A stretch of DNA of 64,000 bases from the NCBI GenBank assembly GCA_944320845.1, contig CALUJA010000015.1, positions 532-64,531 of the forward strand. Reading direction: 5' to 3'. Numbering within the stretch: position 1 is the stretch's first letter; each line of letters begins with the position of its first letter. This DNA is from an uncultured Phocaeicola sp. (GTDB lineage Bacteria; Bacteroidota; Bacteroidia; Bacteroidales; Bacteroidaceae). The notes beneath the pieces were generated by a model, which was given only the letters and a program-made list of their open reading frames with translations, had not been told where the DNA came from and made no database searches. The position numbers and the translations under genes were made by a program. This document shows positions 10,007-19,266 of the stretch, one piece after another.

Positions 10007-10510
10007 ATGAAATCATTGAAAACATGGAGCTTTCTGACGATGCTCCTGATTGCCGTGTGCGGACATGCACAGACCGAGAAAATTGCCATAGGCGACCCTA
10101 TGCCCGCCATCAGTCTCAACTCAGAGATATACGGCGACATAACGCCCGCCGACCTGAAGGGAAAAGTCGTTCTCATAAGCCTGTTCGCCACCTGGTGCCC
10201 GCCCTGCCAGCTCGAACTGGCAGAAGTGGAAAAGACGCTTTATCCGAAATACAAAGACAACCCTTCCTTCAGACTGCTTGTCATAGGCCGCGAGCACACC
10301 GATGCCGAGCTGAAGAAGTATAACGAACGCAAGAAATTCTCTTTCCCCCTTTACCCCGACCCCAAGCGCAAGGTCTTCTCGCTCTTTGCCGACCAGACTA
10401 TTCCCCGCGCCTACTTGTTCGGGAAAGACGGAAAGCTGATTTACACTTCTTCCGGCTTCAAGAAAGAAGAATTCCAGACACTGATGAAAAAAATTTCTGA
10501 AGCACTGTAG
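10007..10510 (+). CDS. TlpA/AhpC-TSA family redoxin
   Basis: Signal peptide, FATWCPPC motif. Confidence 0.9.
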   Translation: MKSLKTWSFLTMLLIAVCGHAQTEKIAIGDPMPAISLNSEIYGDITPADLKGKVVLISLFATWCPPCQLELAEVEKTLYPKYKDNPSFRLLVIGREHTDAELKKYNERKKFSFPLYPDPKRKVFSLFADQTIPRAYLFGKDGKLIYTSSGFKKEEFQTLMKKISEAL

Positions 10511-10637
10511 CCGGCAAGTCTCCAGCCATAAGGAAAAAGTCCAAGGGGAAAAGAAAGTTCCATCCGGAAAAGCAACGGCAGATTCAAGTACTGCCCGCCA
10601 TAACCATATTATAAAAAAACGCAAGAACGAAATATCC

Positions 10638-11531
10638 ATGAATAATCATCTGACAACAGTAGGAATGGGAGAGGCACTATGGGATGTGCTTCCCGAAGGA
10701 AAAAAAATCGGAGGCGCACCAGCCAATTTCGCATACCATATCTCGCAGTTCGGACTAAGCAGTCAAGTGGTAAGTGCCGTAGGTGAAGACGAACTGGGGA
10801 AAGAAATCCAAGAAAACTTCCGTCAGAAGCAGCTGAAATTTCTGATGGAATCCGTACCTTACCCCACAGGGACGGTAAGTGTAAAACTGGATGCAAAAGG
10901 CATCCCCTGGTATGACATAAAGGAAAATGTGGCTTGGGACAACATCCCGTTTACCCCTACCTTGGAGGAACTGGCCCGGCGGACGCAGGCCGTATGCTTC
11001 GGGTCATTGGCTCAGCGCAACAGGGTCTCACGAGAAACCATCAGCCGTTTTCTCGACGCAATGCCTGACACAAACGAAACTTTAAAGATTTTCGACATCA
11101 ATCTCAGGCAGGAATTTTACACCAAAGACATTCTCGAAAATTCTTTCTGCAAATGCAATATTCTGAAAATAAACGATGAAGAGCTTGCTGTCATCAGCGT
11201 CTTGTTCAATCTTCCCCATACCAGCCTGCAAGAGAGATGCCGCGCGCTGCTCACAAGATACCATCTGAAGATGCTAATCCTTACCTGCGGCACAGACGGA
11301 AGCTATGTCTTCACGCCCGGAAACCTTTCGTTTGCAGAAACGCCCAAAGTGGAAGTTGCCGATACCGTAGGGGCGGGCGACTCGTTTACCGCCACTTTCG
11401 TGGCCTCCATCCTGAAAGGAAAGTCTTTAGAAGAAGCCCACAGACTGGCCGTAGAGGTATCGGCATACGTTTGCACGCAGCACGGGGCGATGCCGACTCT
11501 TCCGGATTATCTGAAAGCCAAGCTCTCCTGA
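10638..11531 (+). CDS. PfkB family carbohydrate kinase (fructokinase-like)
   Basis: GGAPANFA and DTVGAGDSF PfkB signatures. Confidence 0.93.
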   Translation: MNNHLTTVGMGEALWDVLPEGKKIGGAPANFAYHISQFGLSSQVVSAVGEDELGKEIQENFRQKQLKFLMESVPYPTGTVSVKLDAKGIPWYDIKENVAWDNIPFTPTLEELARRTQAVCFGSLAQRNRVSRETISRFLDAMPDTNETLKIFDINLRQEFYTKDILENSFCKCNILKINDEELAVISVLFNLPHTSLQERCRALLTRYHLKMLILTCGTDGSYVFTPGNLSFAETPKVEVADTVGAGDSFTATFVASILKGKSLEEAHRLAVEVSAYVCTQHGAMPTLPDYLKAKLS

Positions 11532-11569
11532 CACATCGTCCCTCCAAAAAGGATTTTGATGCAGGCACG

Positions 11570-11595
11570 CCGTCCGTTTCAAGCGGATGAAACAA
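11570..11595. repeat. GTTTCA-N6-TGAAAC unit of the intergenic array family
   Basis: CCGTTTCAAGCGGATGAAAC, close to TTTTCAAGCGGACGAAAC at 38163. Confidence 0.55.
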
Positions 11596-12147
11596 TCATT
11601 CGCTCATAATCCGCTCCGTCACTTCCTCTTTCGAGGAAAGAGTCTGCCCGTGCAGTTCCACATAATTCACCTTTAGCGGATTCCGTTCGTTTACCTTGAC
11701 ATACATATACCGCAGTATCGCGGGCTTTCCGCTGATAGTAGTCCGGCAGGCGTAGCCCGCTCCCTGCCGGCATATTTCAAACTTGCGCGCCGGATAAGCA
11801 GTAAGCGTAACCGTGCTCGACTCCTTTCCTTTGGCCACGACCTTATATCCGTAAGCCATTTTGCGCTGGAAAAAGTTCAGTCCGTTCTTTTCTCCCATCC
11901 GTTCCTCCCGGTTAACCCAATAGACATTCAGGGGCTCGTCCTCGTCAAGCCTTCCGTCAACCAGATTGACATCATAGCAAACCAGATTCCGGTTCACGCT
12001 TCTTGAGATATGAAACAGCCGTTCGGGAGTCAGATAAAGGTTCCCTTCCGGCTCGGCCGCCATCATCCCCACGGGAAGCAGGCATGCCAGCATTCCAACC
12101 ACTGCAAATATTTTCAGCTTCATCCTTTCAGAAAAAATTAAATTCAC
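11596..12147 (-). CDS. DUF4833 domain protein (start may be 12123)
   Basis: RLFHISRSVNRNLVCYDVN motif, signal peptide. Confidence 0.8.
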   Translation of the reverse strand: MNLIFSERMKLKIFAVVGMLACLLPVGMMAAEPEGNLYLTPERLFHISRSVNRNLVCYDVNLVDGRLDEDEPLNVYWVNREERMGEKNGLNFFQRKMAYGYKVVAKGKESSTVTLTAYPARKFEICRQGAGYACRTTISGKPAILRYMYVKVNERNPLKVNYVELHGQTLSSKEEVTERIMSE

Positions 12148-12185
12148 CTGTTATCGTCTTTATCAAAGAATGCCGTCCCATGAAA

Positions 12186-12200
12186 TCCCCACGGATATTT
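12186..12200 (+). repeat. 15-bp direct repeat, copy 2
   Basis: Identical to 9943-9957. Confidence 0.8.
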
Positions 12201-12230
12201 TCAGGACACACGGCAAACACGGCATAAACA

Positions 12231-12275
12231 TAGGCGTGGATTACGCCGAGCCTTGTTCCACATAATCCACGCCTA
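12231..12275 (-). terminator. Hairpin downstream of M23 peptidase
   Basis: TAGGCGTGGATTA..TAATCCACGCCTA 13-bp stem. Confidence 0.75.
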
Positions 12276-12299
12276 AGCCAACTCTTCAGAGTCACTGTA

Positions 12300-13226
12300 T
12301 CAAGAACACCTCAAAACCTGTCCGATGCGAAGTGTAGTCGTTCTCTTTATTCCGTTCAGCTTGCACAAACGGTCGATTGACACGTGGTAAATGCGCGAGA
12401 TACGCCCCAATGTATCGCCTTTGCGAATCTTATGATAACGGATTGCCGCCTTTTCCGCCTCGGCTGCTCCCGACTTGCCGGCCTTGACTGCCGCCAAAGC
12501 ACGCGTGCGCTGATAAGCATAGCGGTTCGCCCCCCGGATAAAGAGGTAGCTGTCGGCTACAATATCCTGATTCGGAAAATCAAACATAAACTCCGGATTA
12601 ATCACTTCGCCCAAGAAGCGCGTTTCAAAATGAAGGTGCGAGCCGGTGGAGCGTCCCGTATTACCGCCCAATCCAATCGGGTCGCCCGCCTTCACATATT
12701 CGTCTTCCTTGACAATCTGCTTGGAAAGATGCCCGTAAATGGTCTCCAGGCCGTTATCATGGCGGATTACCACATACTTGCCGTAACCGCGGCGTTCGTA
12801 TTTCACCATACGCACACGGCCGTCAAAAGCGGCGCGTATCGTATCGCCTATGTATACTTTGATGTCAAGCCCGTTATGCATACGCCGCCAGCGCGGGCCG
12901 CACTTCGATGTTATCTTGGTATGGGTAGTAGGCATGCAGAATCCTGTAAGGTCAATCCGGAAACTGTCTGGGATATTCACCGTATTCCCATAGGCGTGAA
13001 CCCGCTGGTTATTCCAGTTCGGATAAAGACTATAAGCCGGATAAACAGCCTGCTCCGCCTTAATCTGACGGATAAGAGCCAATGAATCCACCGCTTTCAA
13101 CTTTCTGTCGACCGGAGCCTGACGCGCCAACAAGTCTTGCCCCGATACTTGAGTGCTTACCAATGCTAATGCCGCTACTGCTACTACTTTAATACATTTG
13201 AAAACCATTATACTTTTACTTATCAT
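12300..13226 (-). CDS. M23 family peptidase with C-terminal LysM domain
   Basis: HNGLD, YGHL, STGSHLHFE zinc motifs; HKIRKGDTL..I LysM. Confidence 0.93.
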   Translation of the reverse strand: MISKSIMVFKCIKVVAVAALALVSTQVSGQDLLARQAPVDRKLKAVDSLALIRQIKAEQAVYPAYSLYPNWNNQRVHAYGNTVNIPDSFRIDLTGFCMPTTHTKITSKCGPRWRRMHNGLDIKVYIGDTIRAAFDGRVRMVKYERRGYGKYVVIRHDNGLETIYGHLSKQIVKEDEYVKAGDPIGLGGNTGRSTGSHLHFETRFLGEVINPEFMFDFPNQDIVADSYLFIRGANRYAYQRTRALAAVKAGKSGAAEAEKAAIRYHKIRKGDTLGRISRIYHVSIDRLCKLNGIKRTTTLRIGQVLRCS

Positions 13227-13389
13227 TCAAGAGACCGTTTCCGGTTTCATACAGTTCAACTTAAAGAAGCTCCGGATATAAAGAGCTTGTACCTTTGAAA
13301 AAAAATCGTTCCAAAGATAAAATTTTTCCGTTAGAGCGGGGCTTCCGGTTAACTATTTTTATAAGAAAAAGCATGAAAACAGGAGGATA

Positions 13390-13405
13390 TATGTTTTTAA
13401 ACACA
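13390..13405. promoter_or_regulatory. Candidate Cur/BT4338-type operator
   Basis: TATGTTTTTAAACACA versus recalled consensus TATGTTnTAnAACATA (2 mismatches), upstream of the M23 -7 box at 13312-13319. Confidence 0.45.
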
Positions 13406-13450
13406 ATCTACTGTAAAACAAAACATTTCAACACCCAAACTTTTCCCTGC

Positions 13451-14104
13451 CTAACGGGCGGCATCCGCCGGCACAAACTTCCCTTCCCTCCATTCATAAG
13501 TCACGGGAGTCTTGCGAAGATAAGGTTTCAGCTTTCCGGCCGTTTCCTTATCCAGGTAATCGGGAGTGGTATATACGAAAGAAAGCGTGGGATTGTCCTT
13601 GTCAAGCACGGCCTTGAGCAGATACATATCAGCGGATGCACGCAGGTTTCTCAGCGAATCGGCCTGAGCAGGATTTTGGGGAATGCGGTAAAAAAGCCCT
13701 TCCTCCGGAGCAGACAAGAAGCGGGCGGCAGGAAGTTCCCGCCACGCCGTATCATAAAAGGCCACATGACTGTCGGCAGCCGGAGCCGCATAGGTATGAA
13801 CCACACAAATCACCTTGACAGAATCGTTGACCGGAAGCAGCTTCATCTCGACTTCACTGGCCTGACTCATCTTCAGCCGCAGATAATCGTCCGTCAGCTC
13901 GGTCATTTCCGAGGTTTTCCCGAAACGGTTGCGCACTTCCGCCTTCATGTCGCTGGCAAGAAAATCGCCGAAATCTTCGCGATTGACTTTCGTAAGCAAC
14001 GGAGAGAGCGAATCCGGCAGTGCGATGAACAGCGACTTCAAATCCTGGGCATGCAGTGTCAGGCTGCAAAGCAGGCATAACAGAACGGACAAGACTTGCT
14101 TCAT
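13451..14104 (-). CDS. DUF3256 family exported protein
   Basis: MPDS-like LPDSLSPLLTKVNREDF motif; start set at MKQVLS, downstream of the -7 box at 14131-14138. Confidence 0.85.
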   Translation of the reverse strand: MKQVLSVLLCLLCSLTLHAQDLKSLFIALPDSLSPLLTKVNREDFGDFLASDMKAEVRNRFGKTSEMTELTDDYLRLKMSQASEVEMKLLPVNDSVKVICVVHTYAAPAADSHVAFYDTAWRELPAARFLSAPEEGLFYRIPQNPAQADSLRNLRASADMYLLKAVLDKDNPTLSFVYTTPDYLDKETAGKLKPYLRKTPVTYEWREGKFVPADAAR

Positions 14105-14196
14105 AATGTTTTCCTTATTATAAACCGCCCCAAAGATACGATTAATTTCCATTCCTTACGCATGCTTGCAGCCTTTTAAAACATACCTTTCCGCTT

Positions 14197-15747
14197 TTAG
14201 TCCGAATAAACGCCTTCACGGGGAAGCAGCTTGTCCAGATTAGCCACGCCCAAAGCCATGACTGCCGTCACCACCGCCGCGTGTTCCTGGTATTCCGGAA
14301 TATTTTTCGTATAGAGGTCGCGCTCCGTATGCCATATCTCATCATAGTCGAAATCGTATCCCTTGATGTCTTCCTCCACGAATCCGTAGGTCGGGACACC
14401 TTCCATCGCAAATACATCCGCATCTACATTGCTCGCCTGCTTGGGCCGCGGAGAAGGAGGACATACACTCACCTCAAAAGGATACTCCGGATTGATGCGG
14501 CGGACATCGACAGCAATCTTTTCGAAGTCGTCATACATGGCTTCCGACACACGGATACCTACCGGAGGCTCCGGGCCGCCGTCGCGATTGAACATGTTGG
14601 AAATCTTCGGCAACTGTCCGGCGTGGGTCTTGACATAAGCCTTTGCCCCCACCCACTGGAACTCCTCGCCGGAAAAGGCGATGAAAAGAATCGTCCGCTT
14701 GGGTTTCGCTCCCGAAAGCGCAAGCAGCCGGGCGGCTTCCATCATGGGGCCGATTCCCGTCCCGCAGTCAATTCCCCCTGTGGCCGAGTCATACGAATCC
14801 AGATGCCCGCTCACGATAACGTATTCATCAGGATATTTCGTGCCTTTGATGGAGGCTACGATATTGTGATACTTGACGGGGCCCAGCTTGAAATGGTTGC
14901 GGATATCAAATTCAAGCAGGAAATCCTCGCGACGGTGCTTGACCATGTCGGCTATCACCGCATACTGTTTCTCGTCCAACTTGATGTCCGGAAGTTCCGG
15001 TGCGTTGTCGAAGGTCATCGTGTCGAGCATCTTGCGGTCGTAAAGCGCACGCAAGGGAACTTTTGCCGACTGGATGAATCCCAACACCCCCGCCTCCTTC
15101 ATCTCGTGATAGAACAAGGCCGGAAATTCCCGGTAGGGAATCATCTCATTGTGCTCGCCGTTCATCCAGTTTCTGCGGCTCAGCTCCCGGTTTTTACGGG
15201 CAATCTCCCCGTTTTCCTTCTTTATAGCTTCGCGGATAGAGTCTCCTTTGGCAGAACGGTCGATAGGCCATCCCGTGTTGGTGCCTGAAATCAGCACCCA
15301 TGCCCCTTTCAACTTATGTTTCATCCGCTGGAATTCGGCTTCCGTACGTGGCTCCATCACGGCATGCCCGCGCTGTACGCCTTTTGTCCCCGATGTATAG
15401 GAAGGCGTGACGAAGTGAAGCGCCATTCCATGGTCGTGACTGATGAGTTTGCCGAACCACGGCCCGCGGTTGAAGCCCACCTGCAGTTCGCCGGCCTCTT
15501 CCGCCTCTACATCCAGTCCCCACTTCCGGTATTCGCGCATCATCCATTCCGCCGCATTCTCATAGGCATCCGAACCTATCGGCCTGCCTCCGAAACGGTT
15601 GGTCAGAATATCCAGATGGTGCATCGTCTGATTGTCTTCCTTTCCCATCTCAATAATCTTGTCCACTACTGCCTTCTGTGCCGGTAAGACGGCAGGAAAC
15701 GCCAGCATGCAAAGGAATGCCGCTCCCGCCAAACAAGTATTTTTCAT
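14197..15747 (-). CDS. M28 family exported metallopeptidase (carboxypeptidase Q-like)
   Basis: GHLDS, DCGTG, GEE, NRDGG, WHTERD metal ligands; signal peptide. Confidence 0.9.
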   Translation of the reverse strand: MKNTCLAGAAFLCMLAFPAVLPAQKAVVDKIIEMGKEDNQTMHHLDILTNRFGGRPIGSDAYENAAEWMMREYRKWGLDVEAEEAGELQVGFNRGPWFGKLISHDHGMALHFVTPSYTSGTKGVQRGHAVMEPRTEAEFQRMKHKLKGAWVLISGTNTGWPIDRSAKGDSIREAIKKENGEIARKNRELSRRNWMNGEHNEMIPYREFPALFYHEMKEAGVLGFIQSAKVPLRALYDRKMLDTMTFDNAPELPDIKLDEKQYAVIADMVKHRREDFLLEFDIRNHFKLGPVKYHNIVASIKGTKYPDEYVIVSGHLDSYDSATGGIDCGTGIGPMMEAARLLALSGAKPKRTILFIAFSGEEFQWVGAKAYVKTHAGQLPKISNMFNRDGGPEPPVGIRVSEAMYDDFEKIAVDVRRINPEYPFEVSVCPPSPRPKQASNVDADVFAMEGVPTYGFVEEDIKGYDFDYDEIWHTERDLYTKNIPEYQEHAAVVTAVMALGVANLDKLLPREGVYSD

Positions 15748-15892
15748 GATATCAGCTTTTAAAATTAATTTTTCTACAAAGAAGAGAGGAAAAAACGAAA
15801 TAACAAAATAAAAGAACAGATATTTTTTCTGAAGCTACCGCCGCGGCCGGCGGAGGATTGGCTCTCCGCCCGAGCCGGGCGGCAGCAGCGCC

Positions 15893-15960
15893 AAGACACG
15901 GTTTGCCGACATGAAACTGCCGTCCCGTCAAGAAGAAACTTTTGTTTCATGCCGGCAAAG
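15893..15960. repeat. Intergenic array copy B with a long inverted repeat
   Basis: TTTGCCGACATGAAAC..GTTTCATGCCGGCAAA; GAAAC at 15913 and 15935. Confidence 0.75.
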
Positions 15961-16025
15961 CCGCATCCCCGTCCGCACCAAAAAAGGATTGCCTTCCGCC
16001 CGCACCTGCCGGAACGGGCAACAAA

Positions 16026-16703
16026 TCACATTTCAATGATGGACGACACGATTTGTCCGTCGAACAGATTGACCACGCGTCCGGCAAAACCGGCATCGCG
16101 CTGCGAGTGGGTCACCATTACGATAGTGGTTCCCTCCCTGTTCAGCTCGGTCAAAAGCTCCATTACCTCCTGCCCGTTTTTGGAATCAAGGTTTCCCGTC
16201 GGCTCGTCGGCAAGGATAATTTTCGGGTCGGACACTACCGCGCGTGCGATTGCCACACGCTGCTGCTGTCCTCCCGATAGCTGCTGCGGATAATGCTTGG
16301 CACGGTGGCTGATATTCATGCGCCTCATGATTTCGGCGACCTTTTGCTTGCGCACATCTGACGGTATCTTCAGATAGGTAAGCGGGAGCTCGATGTTTTC
16401 CGATACGTTCAGTTCGTCTATCAGGTTAAAGCTTTGGAACACGAAGCCGATGTTTCCCTTGCGCACGTTGGTGCGGTCTTTCTCCTTTAAATGGCCGACC
16501 TCCTTGCCGCCCAAGTAATAATTTCCTTCCGTAGGGTTATCCAGCAGTCCGAGAATATTCAGCAGCGTAGACTTGCCGCATCCCGACGGGCCCATGATGG
16601 CCACAAATTCTTTTTCATGCACTTCAAGGTTTACCTTGTTCAGGGCAATGGTTTCCACTTCCGTCGTGCGAAACACTTTACTGAGGTTTTCAATCTTAAT
16701 CAT
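16026..16703 (-). CDS. ABC transporter ATP-binding protein (MacB/LolD-like)
   Basis: GPSGCGKST, LSGGQQQR, LADEPTG. Confidence 0.96.
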   Translation of the reverse strand: MIKIENLSKVFRTTEVETIALNKVNLEVHEKEFVAIMGPSGCGKSTLLNILGLLDNPTEGNYYLGGKEVGHLKEKDRTNVRKGNIGFVFQSFNLIDELNVSENIELPLTYLKIPSDVRKQKVAEIMRRMNISHRAKHYPQQLSGGQQQRVAIARAVVSDPKIILADEPTGNLDSKNGQEVMELLTELNREGTTIVMVTHSQRDAGFAGRVVNLFDGQIVSSIIEM

Positions 16704-16732
16704 AATCGTAATTCTTATCGTTTTGACTTTAT

Positions 16733-19129
16733 TTATTCAGACTTGATACTGTCTACCGGATTGGCACTCGCCGTCCGGTAGTTCTGCACCGTTATCGTAA
16801 CAAGCGTTATCAGGGCAATAAGGAGAAACGCCGCGGCAAACACGCATCCCGACAGGCTGATGCGGACACTGAAATCCTTCAGCCATTCATCGGCCAAATA
16901 CCAGGCCACCGGTGCGGCTATGGCGAAACACACGATGACCAGAAACAGATAGAACCGTCCGAACATCCAAAGGATTTCTTCCGTAGTCGCCCCGTAGACT
17001 TTCCGTATGCCGATTTCCTTGCGGCGGTATTCCGCCTCGAAAATTACCAGGCCAAAGACTCCTACCAGCGAGATGAGCACCGCCAATATGCTGAACAAAG
17101 TCACCATATACTGCTGGTCGGTCTCTTTCTGATAAAGCGAAGCGTACACTTGGTCGAAGAATCTCACGTCAATGGAATAGCCCGTGAAATTATCCTCCAG
17201 TGCCCGGCGGACGCGGGTCAGGGCATCGTCGATGTCGCTCCCGGCCTTTATGCGGATATAGGCGTAAGGCATCTGCAAGGTTTTGAATGTAGGATTCGTT
17301 ACAAAGACGAAAGGCGAGTTTCTCCCCATCTGCAGGGAAGTAAGCTGCACATTGTTCACATATCCCACTATCTGCGCCTTCTCCCTCCACGGATGAAAGT
17401 CGAAATATTCCCCAGCAGGAATCCCGAGCTCCGTTTTCACATTCTGCGTTGCCACAAGGTTCAGATGGCCTCCCCATACCGAATCGTTCGGCAGAAAGGA
17501 GCGTCCTTCCACAACCTCCAGTCCCATCGTGCTACAGAAGTCTGGCGATACGGTTATCAAGAAGCAGCCCCGCTCCACATCCCTGTACGAAAGAGGATAA
17601 GTGCTGTAAAGATTCATGCCTCCCAGTTCCATCGACGCATAAGCTACGCCCGCCACCTCCGGATAGCCTTTCACCTGCTGGTCGAAGCCCTGATACATGG
17701 AATTTGTCACCGGGAGATTGGGCAGATAAGCCACGAGCAGCCGGTCGCGGTCAACGCCCAAATCATAACGCCGCATATATTCGTTCTGCCGGTAGATAAA
17801 GGCTGTCAGGATAATCAGCACGAAGGAAACGACATATTGAAAGCCAATCAGAAAAGTCCGCAGGCGCTTTCCCCTGCCGGAGAGGGCATAGTTTCCTTTC
17901 AGCATCATGGCCGGAGGAAAGGAAGTCATGTAAAACGCCGGATAAAGTCCCGCCAATGCGCCCACCGTCACAGCGACCAGTGCGCTGGCCGCCACCGGCT
18001 TCCAATAAGACAGAAGTGAAGGCGTGAAATCGAGAAAGGCCAGACCGTTTGCCTGCCCAAGCCCGGCTACCAGCAGCAAGGAGACAAGCCACGCCAGGAA
18101 AGCGATGCAGACCGATTCGCCTATCAGCCCCGACCGCAAGGCCCCGACCGAACTGCCCAGAACCTTCTGCGTATTGATGCTGCGGATGCGCATGGGCGTC
18201 AGCGCGGTACTGAAGTTTATCAGGTTTATACCCGCCACAACGATTATCAGCAGGGCAATGCTGACAAGCAGATACAGGCTCTGCCGGTTTCCGGTCTTGA
18301 CGAAAGGCCCTCCCCCAAAGGTATAATAGACTTCAGGCAGCGGAGTTACGTAAGCCTCGCACCGGTCTCCCCAGTTTTCCGACATGCGCCTGTTCACCCC
18401 TGCCCGCTCCATCTGCATGTCAATATCCTGCGGAGTCACGCCCGGCTTCAGGCGGACAAAGGCAAAGAAGTTGAAAGAGCCCCAATCCCCCTTTTGCAAA
18501 TCGTTCATGCGCACAAGCGGCGGATTGTCTGCAAACTGGGAATTTTCGGGAAAGTCCCTGTATACGCCGCAGACACGGAAGCGGGTCACGTTTTCATCCA
18601 TTATCCAACAGTCGCCCCCGCGGTAAACGTAAGAGCCGACCGCATTCCCGTCGGGGAAGAACTTGCGCGCCAGGGTTTCCGGCAGCAGCATCCCGTCCGG
18701 CTCGTCCATCCCTTCCGCATTTCCCTCTATGAAAGTCAGCCCTACGGTCCGGACAAAATCCTTGTAGACGGCATAAGGCTGCTCCAGGAAATAGGAAGGA
18801 TTCTCCGGGTCGGTGTAAAAAGGAACTTTTTGATATGCCCCCGCATAGATACTGCCGCACTCCACGCCCGGTGTCTGCTCGATAACAAAATCAAGCATCC
18901 CGCGCGGAAGCATGCCTCCAAGATAGGAAGGGTCGCCGTTGACGCGGACATTGAGTATCGCCACCCTGTCCGCATCGGGATAGCACGTGTCGAAACTGCG
19001 CCCGTAACCTACCTTCATCATGATAATCACGAAGGCGGCGAAAGCGGCCGACAGGCCCAACAGATTCAAGAACGAGGCCAAACGGAAATGGCCCAAGGTG
19101 TAAAACAGGTTTCGCAATATCGTATTCAT
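16733..19129 (-). CDS. ABC transporter permease (MacB_PCD/FtsX, duplicated)
   Basis: Two FtsX-type TM blocks, RRKEIGIRKVYGA, ASANPVDSIKSE terminus. Confidence 0.94.
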   Translation of the reverse strand: MNTILRNLFYTLGHFRLASFLNLLGLSAAFAAFVIIMMKVGYGRSFDTCYPDADRVAILNVRVNGDPSYLGGMLPRGMLDFVIEQTPGVECGSIYAGAYQKVPFYTDPENPSYFLEQPYAVYKDFVRTVGLTFIEGNAEGMDEPDGMLLPETLARKFFPDGNAVGSYVYRGGDCWIMDENVTRFRVCGVYRDFPENSQFADNPPLVRMNDLQKGDWGSFNFFAFVRLKPGVTPQDIDMQMERAGVNRRMSENWGDRCEAYVTPLPEVYYTFGGGPFVKTGNRQSLYLLVSIALLIIVVAGINLINFSTALTPMRIRSINTQKVLGSSVGALRSGLIGESVCIAFLAWLVSLLLVAGLGQANGLAFLDFTPSLLSYWKPVAASALVAVTVGALAGLYPAFYMTSFPPAMMLKGNYALSGRGKRLRTFLIGFQYVVSFVLIILTAFIYRQNEYMRRYDLGVDRDRLLVAYLPNLPVTNSMYQGFDQQVKGYPEVAGVAYASMELGGMNLYSTYPLSYRDVERGCFLITVSPDFCSTMGLEVVEGRSFLPNDSVWGGHLNLVATQNVKTELGIPAGEYFDFHPWREKAQIVGYVNNVQLTSLQMGRNSPFVFVTNPTFKTLQMPYAYIRIKAGSDIDDALTRVRRALEDNFTGYSIDVRFFDQVYASLYQKETDQQYMVTLFSILAVLISLVGVFGLVIFEAEYRRKEIGIRKVYGATTEEILWMFGRFYLFLVIVCFAIAAPVAWYLADEWLKDFSVRISLSGCVFAAAFLLIALITLVTITVQNYRTASANPVDSIKSE

Positions 19130-19157
19130 GGTCAGACATTTGTTTTACCCGAGATAA

Positions 19158-19173
19158 AGCAAATGCCGTGCCA
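19158..19173 (-). promoter_or_regulatory. sigma54 (-24/-12) promoter
   Basis: Minus strand TGGCACGGCATTTGCT = TGGCAC-N5-TTGC, 29 bp upstream of the permease ATG. Confidence 0.85.
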
Positions 19174-19225
19174 TTAATATAACCATCTGAAATACAGCGA
19201 ATACAGATTAAAGAAGATTTGTGAA

Positions 19226-19265
19226 GTGTCAAATAAATAGACACCCGGTGTATGATTTTTAGACA
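19226..19265. promoter_or_regulatory. Tandem enhancer-binding-protein UAS candidates
   Basis: GTGTC-N9-GACAC at 19226-19244 and TGTA-N9-GACA at 19249-19265, 22 bp apart. Confidence 0.65.
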
Positions 19266-19266
19266 A

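Noticed and set aside
13290-13297. Plus-strand TACCTTTG promoter for an antisense RNA
   Set aside because: No -33 element or terminator support; may be a chance match in AT-rich DNA
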